The notes under the pieces: generated by a model
Database searches by the model: none
The model's input: only the letters and a program-made list of their open reading frames with translations
What the model was told of the DNA's origin: nothing
Source: Caecitellus pseudoparvulus
Lineage: Eukaryota > Protista > Bigyra: Bicosoecida
NCBI GenBank assembly: GCA_965644315.1
Contig: CBFFRQ010000032.1
Span: 496,001-560,000 of the forward strand
Direction: 5' to 3'
DNA: 64,000 nucleotides
Program-made: the position numbers and the translations under genes
In this document: in pieces, positions 10,459 through 20,915 of the stretch
Numbering within the stretch: the stretch's first letter is position 1
How the letters are laid out: each line of letters starts with the position of its first letter

Positions 10459-11506
10459 GCCCAGAATGGGCACGTGGCCCTCCGTCATAGCAGGGGTGTC
10501 CTGGTTGGGGGTGGCAGACACCACCAGCTCGGCGGGGGACTTGGTCGTGTCCACGTACAGCCAGGCCCAGCCTGAGCCGAAGACGGTGGCGGCGGCGTTG
10601 GAGAACTTCTCCTTGAAGGCGTCGAACGAGCCAAAGGCGCCGTCAATGGCAGTGGCGAGCTTGCCAGTGGGTGCACCCCCCTTGCCTGGGCCCATGATGT
10701 TCCTGCGTGGCGGGGGGGGGGTTGAGTGCTTGGCGGGCTGTGCGTGGAGTGCACGGTTGCGTGGCTCACCAGAACAGAGCGTGGTTGACGTAGCCGCCAC
10801 CGGAGTTGCGGATGGCGCCCTTCAGCTCGGCTGTGGGGTCAGGAGGAGGGCATGCAGTGAGTGGGTGGGCAGGCGTGATTTCGAAGGTGCGGGTGGTTCT
10901 CGCAGAATGCTGGCCAGCCAGGCGGGCGCAACGCCACACACCTGGCACCTTGTCCAGCTGCGTCAGGACCTTCTCGAGGCCCTGCTCAGCCAGAGGCTTG
11001 TCAACCTCGGCGAGCTTGGCCATGGCGGCGTTGATCTTGCTGTGCATGGAGCGCGCGTGGCGGCGTCATGAGCAGGTGCACAGCTTGCGTCAGTGCCACC
11101 ACGCCATCGTAAGTCAGATCAGTTGTGTGCTGGGCACGCACGTGGTGTAGCCTTGCTGCGAAGGGGGGCGAAAGGACGGGAAATGATGCACATGAAACTT
11201 TCGAGTTGCTGCTCAGCAGGGCCTCCAAGCTTCGCCGCGCGGCGCAGCGAACGTGACCTTCCGCGCCAGCCGCTTGGGTGCGGAATTCGCCCGCCACCAG
11301 CTACTCATGTACGTACGTGGTGGCCCAGGTGCTGCGAGGGAGCAATGCAAGCAGGGTGTGTGAAGGAAGTGGCATGGGGTGTCTTGGGAGGGTGTGGGCT
11401 CCGCACTCACGTGCACGCGCATGGTGGCCTCATCCAGGTGGGGCTCCAGAGCGTTGTACTCGTAGGGCATGGGGGGCAGAGGCAGTTCGCCGGATGCAGC
11501 AGCCAT
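10333..11506 (-). CDS. SOD2: Fe/Mn-family superoxide dismutase, Mn-type signature, 6 exons, ~217 aa
   Basis: Exons 11506-11411, 11331-11317, 11155-11142, 11039-10942, 10830-10770 and 10702-10333 join in frame with GT-AG introns. They give [31 protein letters not shown]...[15 protein letters not shown]...FGSGWAWL...TPNQD...[16 protein letters not shown]. The GGG and NQD motifs are typical of MnSOD. Confidence 0.95.
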
Positions 11507-11613
11507 GGTGAAGGATGTGGGTGATGCTGGTGACAAAGCACAGGTGCAGGGGCATGAACTTGCTTCGGGGAGGCGGAGGATTCGTGGTGTAGATGAATTG
11601 TGTCCACGCTGCC

Positions 11614-13980
11614 TCATTGACCGCCCCAGGCAGGCCCCAGAACTGACCGTGCTCGGCTGAAGAGAGCCGCCCGCTGAGCCTCCACGGCCCTGCGAGATGC
11701 TCGCGAAGCAGCGTATGCGCGCCATGCGCCCATGACCTTCTGCAGGAGTCGGGCATGCAAGACACGGCTGTTCCCCAGAGCCGCCCGCTTAGCGGCCGCC
11801 ACTGTCTCCTCCAAGCCACTAGCACGCCCAGCCACATCCCGCGCTGGCGCAAAACCCACAGGCGCAGCTGTCTTTTCCACTGCCACTTGGAGACGGTGGG
11901 CACGTCGTGTGGCCAGGGCACGGCGCCAGACTCCCCAGGCGCGTTGCGCGCGCCGGCGAGCTCGCCGGGCTGCGAGCAGCCGCACAGTCTGCTGTGCCGC
12001 CCGAGCGGAGCATGCAGCTCGCGCCTTCAACTGCAACAAAGCTGCCCGGGCCAAGCAAGAGCTATGGTGCTTGCGCGCCTTGGCGTGGTGGCGGTGGGCG
12101 ACGTGCACCTGCGCCTGCCAAGCCCGCCACGCGTGGGACAGCACAGCTCGCCGATGAGCTGGCGCCATGCGAGACGCAGGCTTGAGCTCCATGGGCGGGC
12201 TCGCACGATTGAATCCACCTGCAATTTCAGGAGCACGTGCTGTGAGTGCGGGCGCCGAACTGGGCCCTCCCTCGCCGACTTCGGCAGGGCAGGTCACAGG
12301 CTCCGACCTCTGCGCTTGAACTGCCGCTTGAGCGCTGCCCATGAGCAGGGCCAGGGCCTGGTCCAAGGCTGATCGATCCGGTACAGGGACGGGGGCAGGG
12401 TTTTTCCGGTGTGCGCGCACTGCTGCCCGCCACTGGCCCAGCGCATGCCCCAGTGCTTTGCGCTTGGCCAATCCCACCGCAGCGGCCTCCAAGGCCTGAA
12501 GCAATGTACAGCACTGGACCTGGCGCGAGGCAGACGTCTCCAATCGCTCCAGCCTTGCCGCTGTGCAGGCCCGCCGCAGTCCGCGCAGTGCCCGCCACAG
12601 CAGGCGCACCCGCCCCCGCCCGGCCGCCACGGCAGCGAGCCTCAAGCGCCGCCGGCGCAGGGCCGCCCAGGCCTCCCACGCCCACTGCATGCACCGCATC
12701 CGCTCTTGCTGCATCGCCCGCCGACGGCGCTCTACGAGGGCTTGGCGCCGCTGGTTCGCGGCCTGCTCGCTCCACGCGTGCAGTACGCGAGCGAGCAGGG
12801 CCAGGCGCTGCCTGTGAGCGGCATCGCGCAGTGTGGCACGGCGCGCCTCCTGAGCGGCTGCCACCAAGCCGTCTACATCCCTTGCGCTTCGAGTGGGCTT
12901 CTTCTCACGCACGCGAGGAGTGGGGGTGCTGCCTGCAGGTGAGTCGGCAGAGGGCGCCAACTGTGCCGCCATCTCCATATTCCGCCACCGCCCCAGCAGT
13001 GCACAGCCTTCATCTCGAAAGGACTCAAGGGCACCCCATGGAGACAGGCCCTGCACAGGGCTCGTAGATGGCGCGTGGCTGCGCTGGTCTTGCTCGGGGG
13101 CGCTTTGTGATGCCGCTGCTGGCTGCAGGGCCGTCGGGTACCTGAACAGAGCGGAGCGCCCGCGGCTCTCTGCGGCGGCATGGGCGGCTTTGCGAGCTTC
13201 CGCAGCCTCGTCACGAAGGCGCTGGATTTCAGCTGGAGTGGGCAAGGCTGGGGCCACATGGGCCGCCGTGGACGGCGGGGCGGGGGCGAGTCTTGGGGGC
13301 ACGGCTGCCTTGGCAGGCTGCGCTGGGGGGCGGTGGGCGGCAGCCCGCTGCATCCAGCTGCGGGAGTCGTCAGGTGAGTCAAGCTCCTCGTACTTCTCCA
13401 TCAGTCCCTGCAACGTCTGCTTGCCGGTGTGCCGAGCGTGTGCTGGCTTGCGTTTGGGCCCGTGCCTGCTGCGGCTGCTGCGCTCGACGGGTGACTTGGG
13501 TGCGGACCGCCGAGGCAGCTCCCGCTTCGCCAAAGGGCGAAACGATGAAGATACCTGTGATGCGCGTCCCCGCAGCTCAAGACCCGCATGCGCGCCTGTT
13601 TCAGGCGTGTGGCCAGGCGCAGTGTCGCGACCACGCCGAGTTTCGTGGCGTTTCGCTGGCTTGCGCGCCGGCCTCGGCTGCGCGGCTGCCTGGGACTTAA
13701 CCCGCCTCGCCTCGGAATCTACAGTTCGATAAGACTCGAATGCATCGTGTGCAGCCTTCAGCATCTCGCGAGAAGGCTTGGCTTCGCTGGAGCGCTGCTG
13801 GCTCGCCGAGCTTCCGTTGGCCGAAACGCCGCTGTGATGTCGTGGAGGGGAGTGGTAAGGAACTGCACATGCTTGTGTTGCTGGAGCTCGATGCACTCTA
13901 GGGGCACTAGCAGAAGCAAGGGCATCTTGCAAGAGCGCGTCGCTGTCAGCGAAGCAGCGCTGCAGCAGGGAATGGGACAT
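11614..13980 (-). CDS. Sfi1-like protein with putative centrin-binding repeats (788 aa)
   Basis: Single ORF with a disordered basic N-terminal half. It then has ~8 helical motifs of the type L/A-x3-L/W-x2-W (LLARVLHAWS, MQWAWEAWA, ALGHALGQWR, VLSHAWRAWQ, AQRAWGVWR, LLQKVMGAWR). Adjacent motifs are often 30-35 aa apart, as in Sfi1 repeats. Confidence 0.6.
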   Translation of the reverse strand: MSHSLLQRCFADSDALLQDALASASAPRVHRAPATQACAVPYHSPPRHHSGVSANGSSASQQRSSEAKPSREMLKAAHDAFESYRTVDSEARRVKSQAAAQPRPARKPAKRHETRRGRDTAPGHTPETGAHAGLELRGRASQVSSSFRPLAKRELPRRSAPKSPVERSSRSRHGPKRKPAHARHTGKQTLQGLMEKYEELDSPDDSRSWMQRAAAHRPPAQPAKAAVPPRLAPAPPSTAAHVAPALPTPAEIQRLRDEAAEARKAAHAAAESRGRSALFRYPTALQPAAASQSAPEQDQRSHAPSTSPVQGLSPWGALESFRDEGCALLGRWRNMEMAAQLAPSADSPAGSTPTPRVREKKPTRSARDVDGLVAAAQEARRATLRDAAHRQRLALLARVLHAWSEQAANQRRQALVERRRRAMQQERMRCMQWAWEAWAALRRRRLRLAAVAAGRGRVRLLWRALRGLRRACTAARLERLETSASRQVQCCTLLQALEAAAVGLAKRKALGHALGQWRAAVRAHRKNPAPVPVPDRSALDQALALLMGSAQAAVQAQRSEPVTCPAEVGEGGPSSAPALTARAPEIAGGFNRASPPMELKPASRMAPAHRRAVLSHAWRAWQAQVHVAHRHHAKARKHHSSCLARAALLQLKARAACSARAAQQTVRLLAARRARRRAQRAWGVWRRALATRRAHRLQVAVEKTAAPVGFAPARDVAGRASGLEETVAAAKRAALGNSRVLHARLLQKVMGAWRAYAASRASRRAVEAQRAALFSRARSVLGPAWGGQ

Positions 13981-14260
13981 GGTGCTAAGCTGGGTTCATG
14001 ACCTGGCACACACAGCAAAATCCAGAGACGGGGTAGTCGGTGTGGGCATAGTTCACAGTAATGGTTGCGCTGTTCACTCTGTAGGGGCTCTGTGTCACAA
14101 GGACCCTGGCAGCGCCGCCCTGACTTTTGAGCAAGTGCGGAAACTGAGACGCTGGAGGGTGATTTTCTGCTCGTTCGCAGAAGTGCTGCGTTGGGAACTG
14201 GGCAAGCCCGAACTCGAGGCTGGGCGTAAAACACTAGTTTTAGGCGGTGGTCACTTGCCC

Positions 14261-17200
14261 ATGCCCCGCCCGCAGGCGGCGTCCAGCTCCCCGATGCCGC
14301 GCCAAGGCCAGCGAGACACGCCACGCCAAGGCGTGCTGGATGCAAACATCCTGCACTTGCCCCCACACATCCTGGCATGGCTGTTTCGACACCTCACGGC
14401 GCAAGAGCTGTGCAGACTGCATAACACATGCAGGGCACTCGGCCCTTCCTTGCCTCCTTCCATTCTCCATGCAGCTTGGGCCCACGCCCTGGTTCGCGAC
14501 TGGGCCGTGCTTGCTTCGTTGGGCAACCCTCGCTCTGTGCTGCTCCAAGAGCGCGGGTACGTGGAACTCGCCAAACATCTCCCTGTGAAGATTCCCCTGC
14601 TCCTGTCCTCCACCGGCCACAACGTCCGGTACCACGCTGCCTCGCGCCTGCTGGCACCCCTGCAGCTGCTGAGCGGTCTTGAGGAGTACAGGCGTTGCCT
14701 GGTCTCCTCCCACAACGAGGCCATCCCCGTCACACGCATGCAGCCCCGCAGGGTCCTGGCATCGTTTGCAGAGACACTGCAGCACCTGGATGCCTTTCTT
14801 GCACGTGCGCTGCACCAGCAGCAGGAAAGGCGCAGGTTCTTGCAAGCTTCACCGCAGTGGCAGCTCGTCCCGAGCACGGCCCCCACTCCCCTACCAGAGC
14901 AGCACGACTTACAGCCGATGCAGCCTCTAAACGAGGACGCTCTGCGCGTTTGCACTGCTGACTGCCTTGAAACGTGCTTAGCGCGCTGCTGGACCAGGCG
15001 GGAACGGCCTGCTGCCACAGACCCACTGCCAGCCGCTGCCGCGGTGCTGCCTGAAGGATTATTCGGTGCAGTGGGCGATGGACTGCCAGAAGAGCCTGAT
15101 CCTGACGTGCTGGCAAACTTGCGTGCTGCAGGGGTGGAAGTGGATGGTGCTATGATGGCAGAGCAGGCTGCGGTACTCCGGGCCGCAGCGCTGGAACGAC
15201 GAGCAGATGACAGCGGCAGTGACTCAGCCTCGGATGTATCAGTGGAAGGCTCCAGCAGCTCTGATGGTGATCACTCGGACTCTAGTGGTGCAAGTGGCGC
15301 AGAGTCAGAGGAGGAGGATGCTGGGTCTGGGGTGGAGAGCTCTGCGTCGGGGCATTCGGCGTCCGAGGACGAGGGTGCTGTTCCGGTGCAGGCGCCACCG
15401 TGGGCCCCCGAGGAGGTCTTCCGGCGTCGAAGCAGCTTCAAGATTTTGGAAGTGGGCAGCGCATCGCCAAGTGGCAAGCTTCCCCGCCGACGCATGTGGA
15501 CGAGGGCCGTTCCAGAAGTCGAGCGACTCACTCCGTCGCAGCAGGCGGAGTGGCAAGCGAGAGCCGTCGGCCCCCGAGCAACAGAGAGTTGTGCTCCTCA
15601 AGTTTGGCACATGCCAGCCGATGGGCGGGATGCCAGTGCGCTCTGCCTGATGCAAGGGATACATTCACTGGACCCACTGAAAAGCATTGATGTGCAGCTG
15701 TTCCCCATCGACGCAGTGCGGGCTGCCTGGCAGGCCATGCCTCCTGGCATAACACGCGGCCCACTTGGGCATCTACATGACCACTTGTACCCGACCGAGT
15801 CTCGGGTCCTGGAAGCCCGGCAAGCAGCACTCACAGCCGCCCGGGCCGTCCTGCACCGCCTGCAGGGGCGCTTGCAGCACACCTTGCAGCAAGAAGGTGA
15901 TGTACTGCGCGTGCCCAGTGTCATCTTGCGGAACATGTGCCAACGCGGCACAGTGCCGTTCGCGCACAGAGCCAGAGGCATATCCAGGCCGAGCCCTTTG
16001 GAGCAAGCCCACTTGGGCCGCCACAATCAGACCGAAGGCTCACCAAAGAAGCTGTACGCGGATGGAGTGGAACATCTGCGCAAGGCCAGGAGGATCATCC
16101 ACGAGGCTGCTTACGAAGACACCAACAGCGAAGATAGCTTTGTCTGCCTCCCCAGAATGTGCTTGCCTTGTGCGCAGCTGTGGAGCTCAACCGCCATGCA
16201 GGTGTCGCTGGTGGTTGGCCTCCTTGTTGTGCTACTTGTCCTGGCCATGTGGAACGGCGTGGCTTGCACGGTCGCCAGAGAGGCCAGGATTCTTCCTGAG
16301 TCATCTGGCAACTTGGGCAGGGCCATCGCTCAAGTGTTCGTCATCGACATCCCCTTCTTCATCACTGACGCCTGCTTCTTTTCACTTTGGGGCATCGCAC
16401 TCTTTCAGCTCGTCCAGCTTCGCGGTGTGGATGACGCCACCTCACAGACACTCATGACCACTGCGGGGGTCGCATGGGCGTTTCGAGCAATTTTCACGCT
16501 GGATGCACTCCTCGCCGAGTTGTGGCCCGGCTCGCTCGTGTCCCCCATCACGTTCGTGAGCGGCACTTACATCGAAGCCACCCCACCAGCTCTGCACATG
16601 TCCGGTGAGCAGCGATCTGTGCCCTGGTTGCCACTTCCACGTCTGCCTGGGGTGCGCCTGTTCATGGAGGACTGGATTCCGACGCACTCCACAATGCCCC
16701 GAGACGCTGCCCTGCTCCTGGAGCGAGCAACGCATGGGGAATGGTGGGATCCCACCACGATGCTTTCCCCTGGTCAGTTCTTGGTTTACACCACTCGGAG
16801 AAGCATCGCACTTGCAATTGTGTTCTTCCTTTCTGGACTACTCGTGGCCCTGACCCGCGAAAACGAGCCGTGGACACCCCTCGGCAGGTGCTGCCTGCAC
16901 CCCGGTCGCCCGCACGAGGCACGTAGACGCTGCATCGTCGCACTCCACTGGTGCTGTGGCGCTGTGCGAATGCTGCTGTCACCCCTGCTGCTCGTCAGCA
17001 CACTCTTCATTGAACCAGTGGCCTTTATGCTGCGCAGCACGTTCGCTTGGACTGGCTGGGTGCTTCACGAAGCGTGGATGTGGGTCACGTCCCTGCAGTA
17101 CACCCCCCCGTCGCTCCTCGCCACGGGCGAAATTGCCGCCCTGTACATATCGCAGGCAGAGTTCGTGAGCCTCGCAGATGCTTCTGTGAGGCGCATGCTT

Positions 17201-19651
17201 GACGCAACAGTTTCTGACGAATTCTTTCGGGGAGGAGCCCCGGAGGTGCGCCTTCGCGACGTGTTGGCCGAGGCTGTGACCTTCACGCTCCCCAACGAGC
17301 ACGGTCCCCAGCCGCTGCGAGCTGTCCGTAAGCACTTTCTCGCAGTCTGGAGCATGAGCACTGAGTGCATTCAGTCCCTGATGAAGAGCTCCCTGGCTGT
17401 GGCTACCCTCGCTTCAACCACCGCGTTGATGCTGGGTGCCGCAGGCCCCCCTGACCAGCTGTTGCAGGCCGGTGCTGCGCTTGTTTCATCCCAAGTGAGT
17501 CACGCTGTTGCCAACTTCCCCTCTCCTTCGACACCGTGGCACTTTGTGCTCCTGGGTGCCGGGACGGTGGCTTTGTGTGCCGTACTGGCGCAAATCCTGT
17601 CTGCCATTCGAGGCTGGGCAAGCCCCAGTCTCGCACTGGCTGCTTGGCTGCGGAGAGGCAACATGCCCGCCACGCAACCGGTGCAGCAGGGCGGGGTAGA
17701 AGCTGAGAAGGACCTGGCCTTCATAGTCAGCCGTGCTCAGGGAGGGCTTGCCAGTGAGTCCCTGGACGAGCTCCAAACCTGCACACGGGACCCGCTTGGG
17801 CCGCAGCAAGTAAGCGGGGTGGCTGTCCCGCTGGTGGCTGCCGCGAAAAGGTGGCAGTCGCCTGAAGATCGCCGGCCGCTGGATGCTCACAAAGTTCTGG
17901 AAGCTGCGCTGGGCGAGATGCGCCTGGTGAGGCAGGTGCTCCCCCTCGCGGCAGTCGGTCAGATTGCCACCTGCGTATGCTGTTGGGTTGTGTTGATTGT
18001 GTTCGCGCTCACCGTTCCCTTCCCCCAGCCGACACATGAAATCAGCGCAGACGTTGCGCTTGCAGGGTGGACCGGCTCGGCACCGCGGAAGCAATGGCAG
18101 CGCGATGCCGAAGTGCAAGTGCATCAGCAATGGAGAGCCATGGTGCACTGGCTGGATCCGCTTGCCTTGGTGGATGATGTGGCGGTGAAACCGTGGGTTG
18201 CAGAGGATTTTGCCTGGTGGCAGCTGCCGACGAGCCCCTTGACCATCGCGCACTGGGCCCCAGCCTCAGTGCTGCCCATGCCCCTGCGCGAAGCCAGCCA
18301 GCGCGGACCCGGCGCTGCGATGAAAGAAGGCTGGGCGGACATTTTCTTTAACCACTCAAGGCCCATGGCAGTCTCCTGGCGCAGCTTTGGGCGCTCGTAC
18401 AGTGGACACCTGCACAGGCGATGGGATGGGCAGCACGTACAGCCCCCTATGTGCGACGGCAAGGCAAGCCTAGCATTCAAGAAGCTCAGACAGCAAGGTA
18501 CAGCCCATCAGCAGGAGTCCACCTCTTCTACATCCTCAGTGTACCACCAACATGTGCAGCACGGTGGCAAGTTGGAGCTGTTGGCCCCACCCAAGCGCGA
18601 TGCCGTGTGTGCCTACCCCCCAACAGGGCGAGTCATGCCGCATGTTGCTTACAAGTCCGCGTGGTACATTCAAAACCACCGCCAGACGTGCCCTGAGTTG
18701 CTGGGTCACCTGTACAGTGCTCAGCCAGCCATGCATGGCGCGAACACGGCAGTGCTGACTAAGTGGGCAGGCTTGAACACCTTGCTGGTGGCCCTGTCAG
18801 CCTCCCTGCCCCTAGCTATCTTTATTGTGCTCCCTCTGTGCCTTGGCCTGTGCGAGTGGTCTGTGAGGGACCCCTCTTCACTTGACTTTGAGCGCTTCAG
18901 GTCGTCCACTTTGCGGCAAGAAGTGCCTTGTACGGAAGCACTGTGCACGGGGCAAGTTGCAGCAATGTGCACAGCGGGGCTGTGCACAACATCCCTTGGC
19001 GTTTGGGTCATTCAACTGGCCACCATGCACACCCTCATCGCTGCTGCGATGTTGGAGTTTCTCCTCCTGCAAGAAGTGGCGCTGATGCCCGTCTTCTTGT
19101 TGGTCTGTGCCTTGGGTGGGGCTGCAGCAGCCATGGTCGAAGAGGCCGTCCAAGAGCGCATGAGACGCTGGAACTGGCCTGAGTGGGCGCATGACGCAGG
19201 AACACTAGGGCTCGTTGCTCTCGTGGCGGGCTGCATCAGCACCACAGGTACACTCACCATGGCGCACATCGCCAGCGTGAACCGCTGCGAGAGTGCCATT
19301 GCTTCTGGTGCAACGTACCACCACCCTCTCGCGTACATATGCAGAGCTGGTCGGTCTGAGGGGCAGCGTGCCTGGATTCCCGATGCCCTGGCAGCTGCTG
19401 TGCCGGAGGCCGCTGCGTTGTGGTTGCCTCACCAAGAAGCTGTCGGCATGCTGCAGACCCACGGCTCGGTTGCTGCAGCTGTGCAAGCTAAGACGCCCAC
19501 GTGGTTGCTTGTCATGGTCTCGTCAGTCAAGGTGGTGCGACGGGTTTGTGGGAGCACGCTGCTCATTGCAACCCTGCTGTGGGCTGGCATGGTTGTGCTG
19601 TACTTGCGGCGGGGAGCTCCGCGTGGGCTTGCGCGGCAGCGGGTCACGTAA
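14261..19651 (+). CDS. Large F-box-containing multi-pass membrane protein of unknown function (~1,800 aa)
   Basis: The open frame is 13979-19651 and the likely start is ATG 14261. An F-box-like motif ILHLPPHILAWLFRHLTAQELCRLHNTCRAL lies at ~14348-14440. It is followed by an acidic Ser-rich tract and about 12 hydrophobic TM-like segments (e.g. VSLVVGLLVVLLVLAMW, IALAIVFFLSGLLVAL, LLIATLLWAGMVVLYL). Confidence 0.75.
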   Translation: MPRPQAASSSPMPRQGQRDTPRQGVLDANILHLPPHILAWLFRHLTAQELCRLHNTCRALGPSLPPSILHAAWAHALVRDWAVLASLGNPRSVLLQERGYVELAKHLPVKIPLLLSSTGHNVRYHAASRLLAPLQLLSGLEEYRRCLVSSHNEAIPVTRMQPRRVLASFAETLQHLDAFLARALHQQQERRRFLQASPQWQLVPSTAPTPLPEQHDLQPMQPLNEDALRVCTADCLETCLARCWTRRERPAATDPLPAAAAVLPEGLFGAVGDGLPEEPDPDVLANLRAAGVEVDGAMMAEQAAVLRAAALERRADDSGSDSASDVSVEGSSSSDGDHSDSSGASGAESEEEDAGSGVESSASGHSASEDEGAVPVQAPPWAPEEVFRRRSSFKILEVGSASPSGKLPRRRMWTRAVPEVERLTPSQQAEWQARAVGPRATESCAPQVWHMPADGRDASALCLMQGIHSLDPLKSIDVQLFPIDAVRAAWQAMPPGITRGPLGHLHDHLYPTESRVLEARQAALTAARAVLHRLQGRLQHTLQQEGDVLRVPSVILRNMCQRGTVPFAHRARGISRPSPLEQAHLGRHNQTEGSPKKLYADGVEHLRKARRIIHEAAYEDTNSEDSFVCLPRMCLPCAQLWSSTAMQVSLVVGLLVVLLVLAMWNGVACTVAREARILPESSGNLGRAIAQVFVIDIPFFITDACFFSLWGIALFQLVQLRGVDDATSQTLMTTAGVAWAFRAIFTLDALLAELWPGSLVSPITFVSGTYIEATPPALHMSGEQRSVPWLPLPRLPGVRLFMEDWIPTHSTMPRDAALLLERATHGEWWDPTTMLSPGQFLVYTTRRSIALAIVFFLSGLLVALTRENEPWTPLGRCCLHPGRPHEARRRCIVALHWCCGAVRMLLSPLLLVSTLFIEPVAFMLRSTFAWTGWVLHEAWMWVTSLQYTPPSLLATGEIAALYISQAEFVSLADASVRRMLDATVSDEFFRGGAPEVRLRDVLAEAVTFTLPNEHGPQPLRAVRKHFLAVWSMSTECIQSLMKSSLAVATLASTTALMLGAAGPPDQLLQAGAALVSSQVSHAVANFPSPSTPWHFVLLGAGTVALCAVLAQILSAIRGWASPSLALAAWLRRGNMPATQPVQQGGVEAEKDLAFIVSRAQGGLASESLDELQTCTRDPLGPQQVSGVAVPLVAAAKRWQSPEDRRPLDAHKVLEAALGEMRLVRQVLPLAAVGQIATCVCCWVVLIVFALTVPFPQPTHEISADVALAGWTGSAPRKQWQRDAEVQVHQQWRAMVHWLDPLALVDDVAVKPWVAEDFAWWQLPTSPLTIAHWAPASVLPMPLREASQRGPGAAMKEGWADIFFNHSRPMAVSWRSFGRSYSGHLHRRWDGQHVQPPMCDGKASLAFKKLRQQGTAHQQESTSSTSSVYHQHVQHGGKLELLAPPKRDAVCAYPPTGRVMPHVAYKSAWYIQNHRQTCPELLGHLYSAQPAMHGANTAVLTKWAGLNTLLVALSASLPLAIFIVLPLCLGLCEWSVRDPSSLDFERFRSSTLRQEVPCTEALCTGQVAAMCTAGLCTTSLGVWVIQLATMHTLIAAAMLEFLLLQEVALMPVFLLVCALGGAAAAMVEEAVQERMRRWNWPEWAHDAGTLGLVALVAGCISTTGTLTMAHIASVNRCESAIASGATYHHPLAYICRAGRSEGQRAWIPDALAAAVPEAAALWLPHQEAVGMLQTHGSVAAAVQAKTPTWLLVMVSSVKVVRRVCGSTLLIATLLWAGMVVLYLRRGAPRGLARQRVT

Positions 19652-19884
19652 GTGGCCCCCCTCGCCAGCAGAAATGCAGCCGTTTGCATCTAAGCCACAA
19701 AACCATTGCGTCTGCCACTCTACAAGCAGCCCACCAGCCCCTTGCAACCCCAAGTGTGCGTCGAGCGTTGACAGCTCCCCCCAACTTCCGCACCTCCCTA
19801 CACCGCACCTCGTGCCCTGCCCACACAGACCCAGCACGCGGCTTGCCTGCCCACTAATCCAGTTGCTATCAGCTCCCCTTTGCA

Positions 19885-20915
19885 ATGGTGCGGGCGTTGG
19901 CCTTTGTGCAACCGATCACAGCCGCTGCCTGAGTCTGGCGTGGCATTGCTCTCCTCCCTGCACGTTGCAGGCTGCTTCATCCCGCGGACCTGGGCGCGCC
20001 CGCCTCTTTGGCGGCAGCTTGCGCAAGCCTGAGAAGGTGCGTGTTGCTCTTCAGCGCACAGTAGCACCCTGTCGTGTGGAGCTTGGGCAGCGAGGCGGCT
20101 GCCGTTGGCGCGCCCAGCACGCCTGCTCCTGCCGCCGTTTGGATGGCTGTTTCCGCACTGCACCACACGCGCTTTCTCCCCTCAGCCCAAGCTGGATGAG
20201 GAGCAGACCGAGGAGCTGCGTGAGGCTTTCAACTTGTTCGACACAGATGGTTCTGGTGGGTTCCAGTCTGCGTGTCTTCAGCGCCCGTAGCGGGTGCTTG
20301 CCTTGCCGTGGCGCGTGTGACCCACTCACACTCAAACTCCTGGCCCGCTACAGGCACCATCGACGCCAAGGAGCTGAAGGCAGCCATGCGCGCCCTGGGG
20401 TTCCAGGTGAAGAAGGCTGACGTGCGCAAGATGATTGCCGAGGTGGACAAGGACGACAGCGGAGCCATTGACTTCGACGAGTTCGTGGCCATGATGACTG
20501 GCAAGATGGTGCGTCGCCCGCGCCTTGCCAGCCGCCAGACAGGTCTCAGCCGAGCATCTCCCACCTCCACACCCTGCAGAGCGAGCGTGACAGCAAGGAG
20601 GAGATCTTGAAGGTCTTCGAGCTCTTCGACGATGAGGGCACCGGAAAGATCGGCTTCAAGCAGCTCAAGCGCGTGGTGACAGAGCTGGGAGAGAGCCTCA
20701 GTGATGAGGAGATGCGGGAGATGATCGAGGAGGCCGACAGGTGAGTCTTACGCTGAAGGGACGGCCCCGTGTGTGGCCGCGCTGCACTGCCGCTGCCGCG
20801 CCGCTGCAGGGACCACGACGGCTTCGTCACAGCAGACGACTTCCTGCGCATCATGAAGAAGAAGAGCGAGAACCCCCTGGATGACTTGTCGGACGACGAC
20901 GAGGATGACTTTTGA
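19885..20915 (+). CDS. CETN: Centrin (caltractin) family EF-hand protein, 6 exons, ~186 aa
   Basis: Exons 19885-19887 (ATG only), 19971-20036, 20186-20255, 20354-20508, 20580-20740 and 20810-20915 join in frame. Translation: [97 protein letters not shown]...[23 protein letters not shown]...[13 protein letters not shown]. The 5' exons are less certain. Confidence 0.92.

Noticed and set aside
11507-11617. Upstream in-frame ATG that could add a transit peptide to SOD
   Set aside because: It overlaps the stop codon of the upstream Sfi1-like gene and leaves no promoter space.
13978-14260. Head-to-head overlapping ATGs (CATG) of the Sfi1-like and F-box-TM ORFs
   Set aside because: The first 94 codons of the plus ORF look like promoter sequence and would leave no room for either promoter. 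ATG 14261, just before the F-box, is more plausible.
19648-19653. GTAAGT over the F-box-TM stop codon, suggesting a splice that would fuse it to centrin
   Set aside because: The protein ends sensibly after a TM helix and basic tail, AATGCA follows 21 nt later, and centrin has its own ATG exon. It cannot be fully excluded without cDNA.
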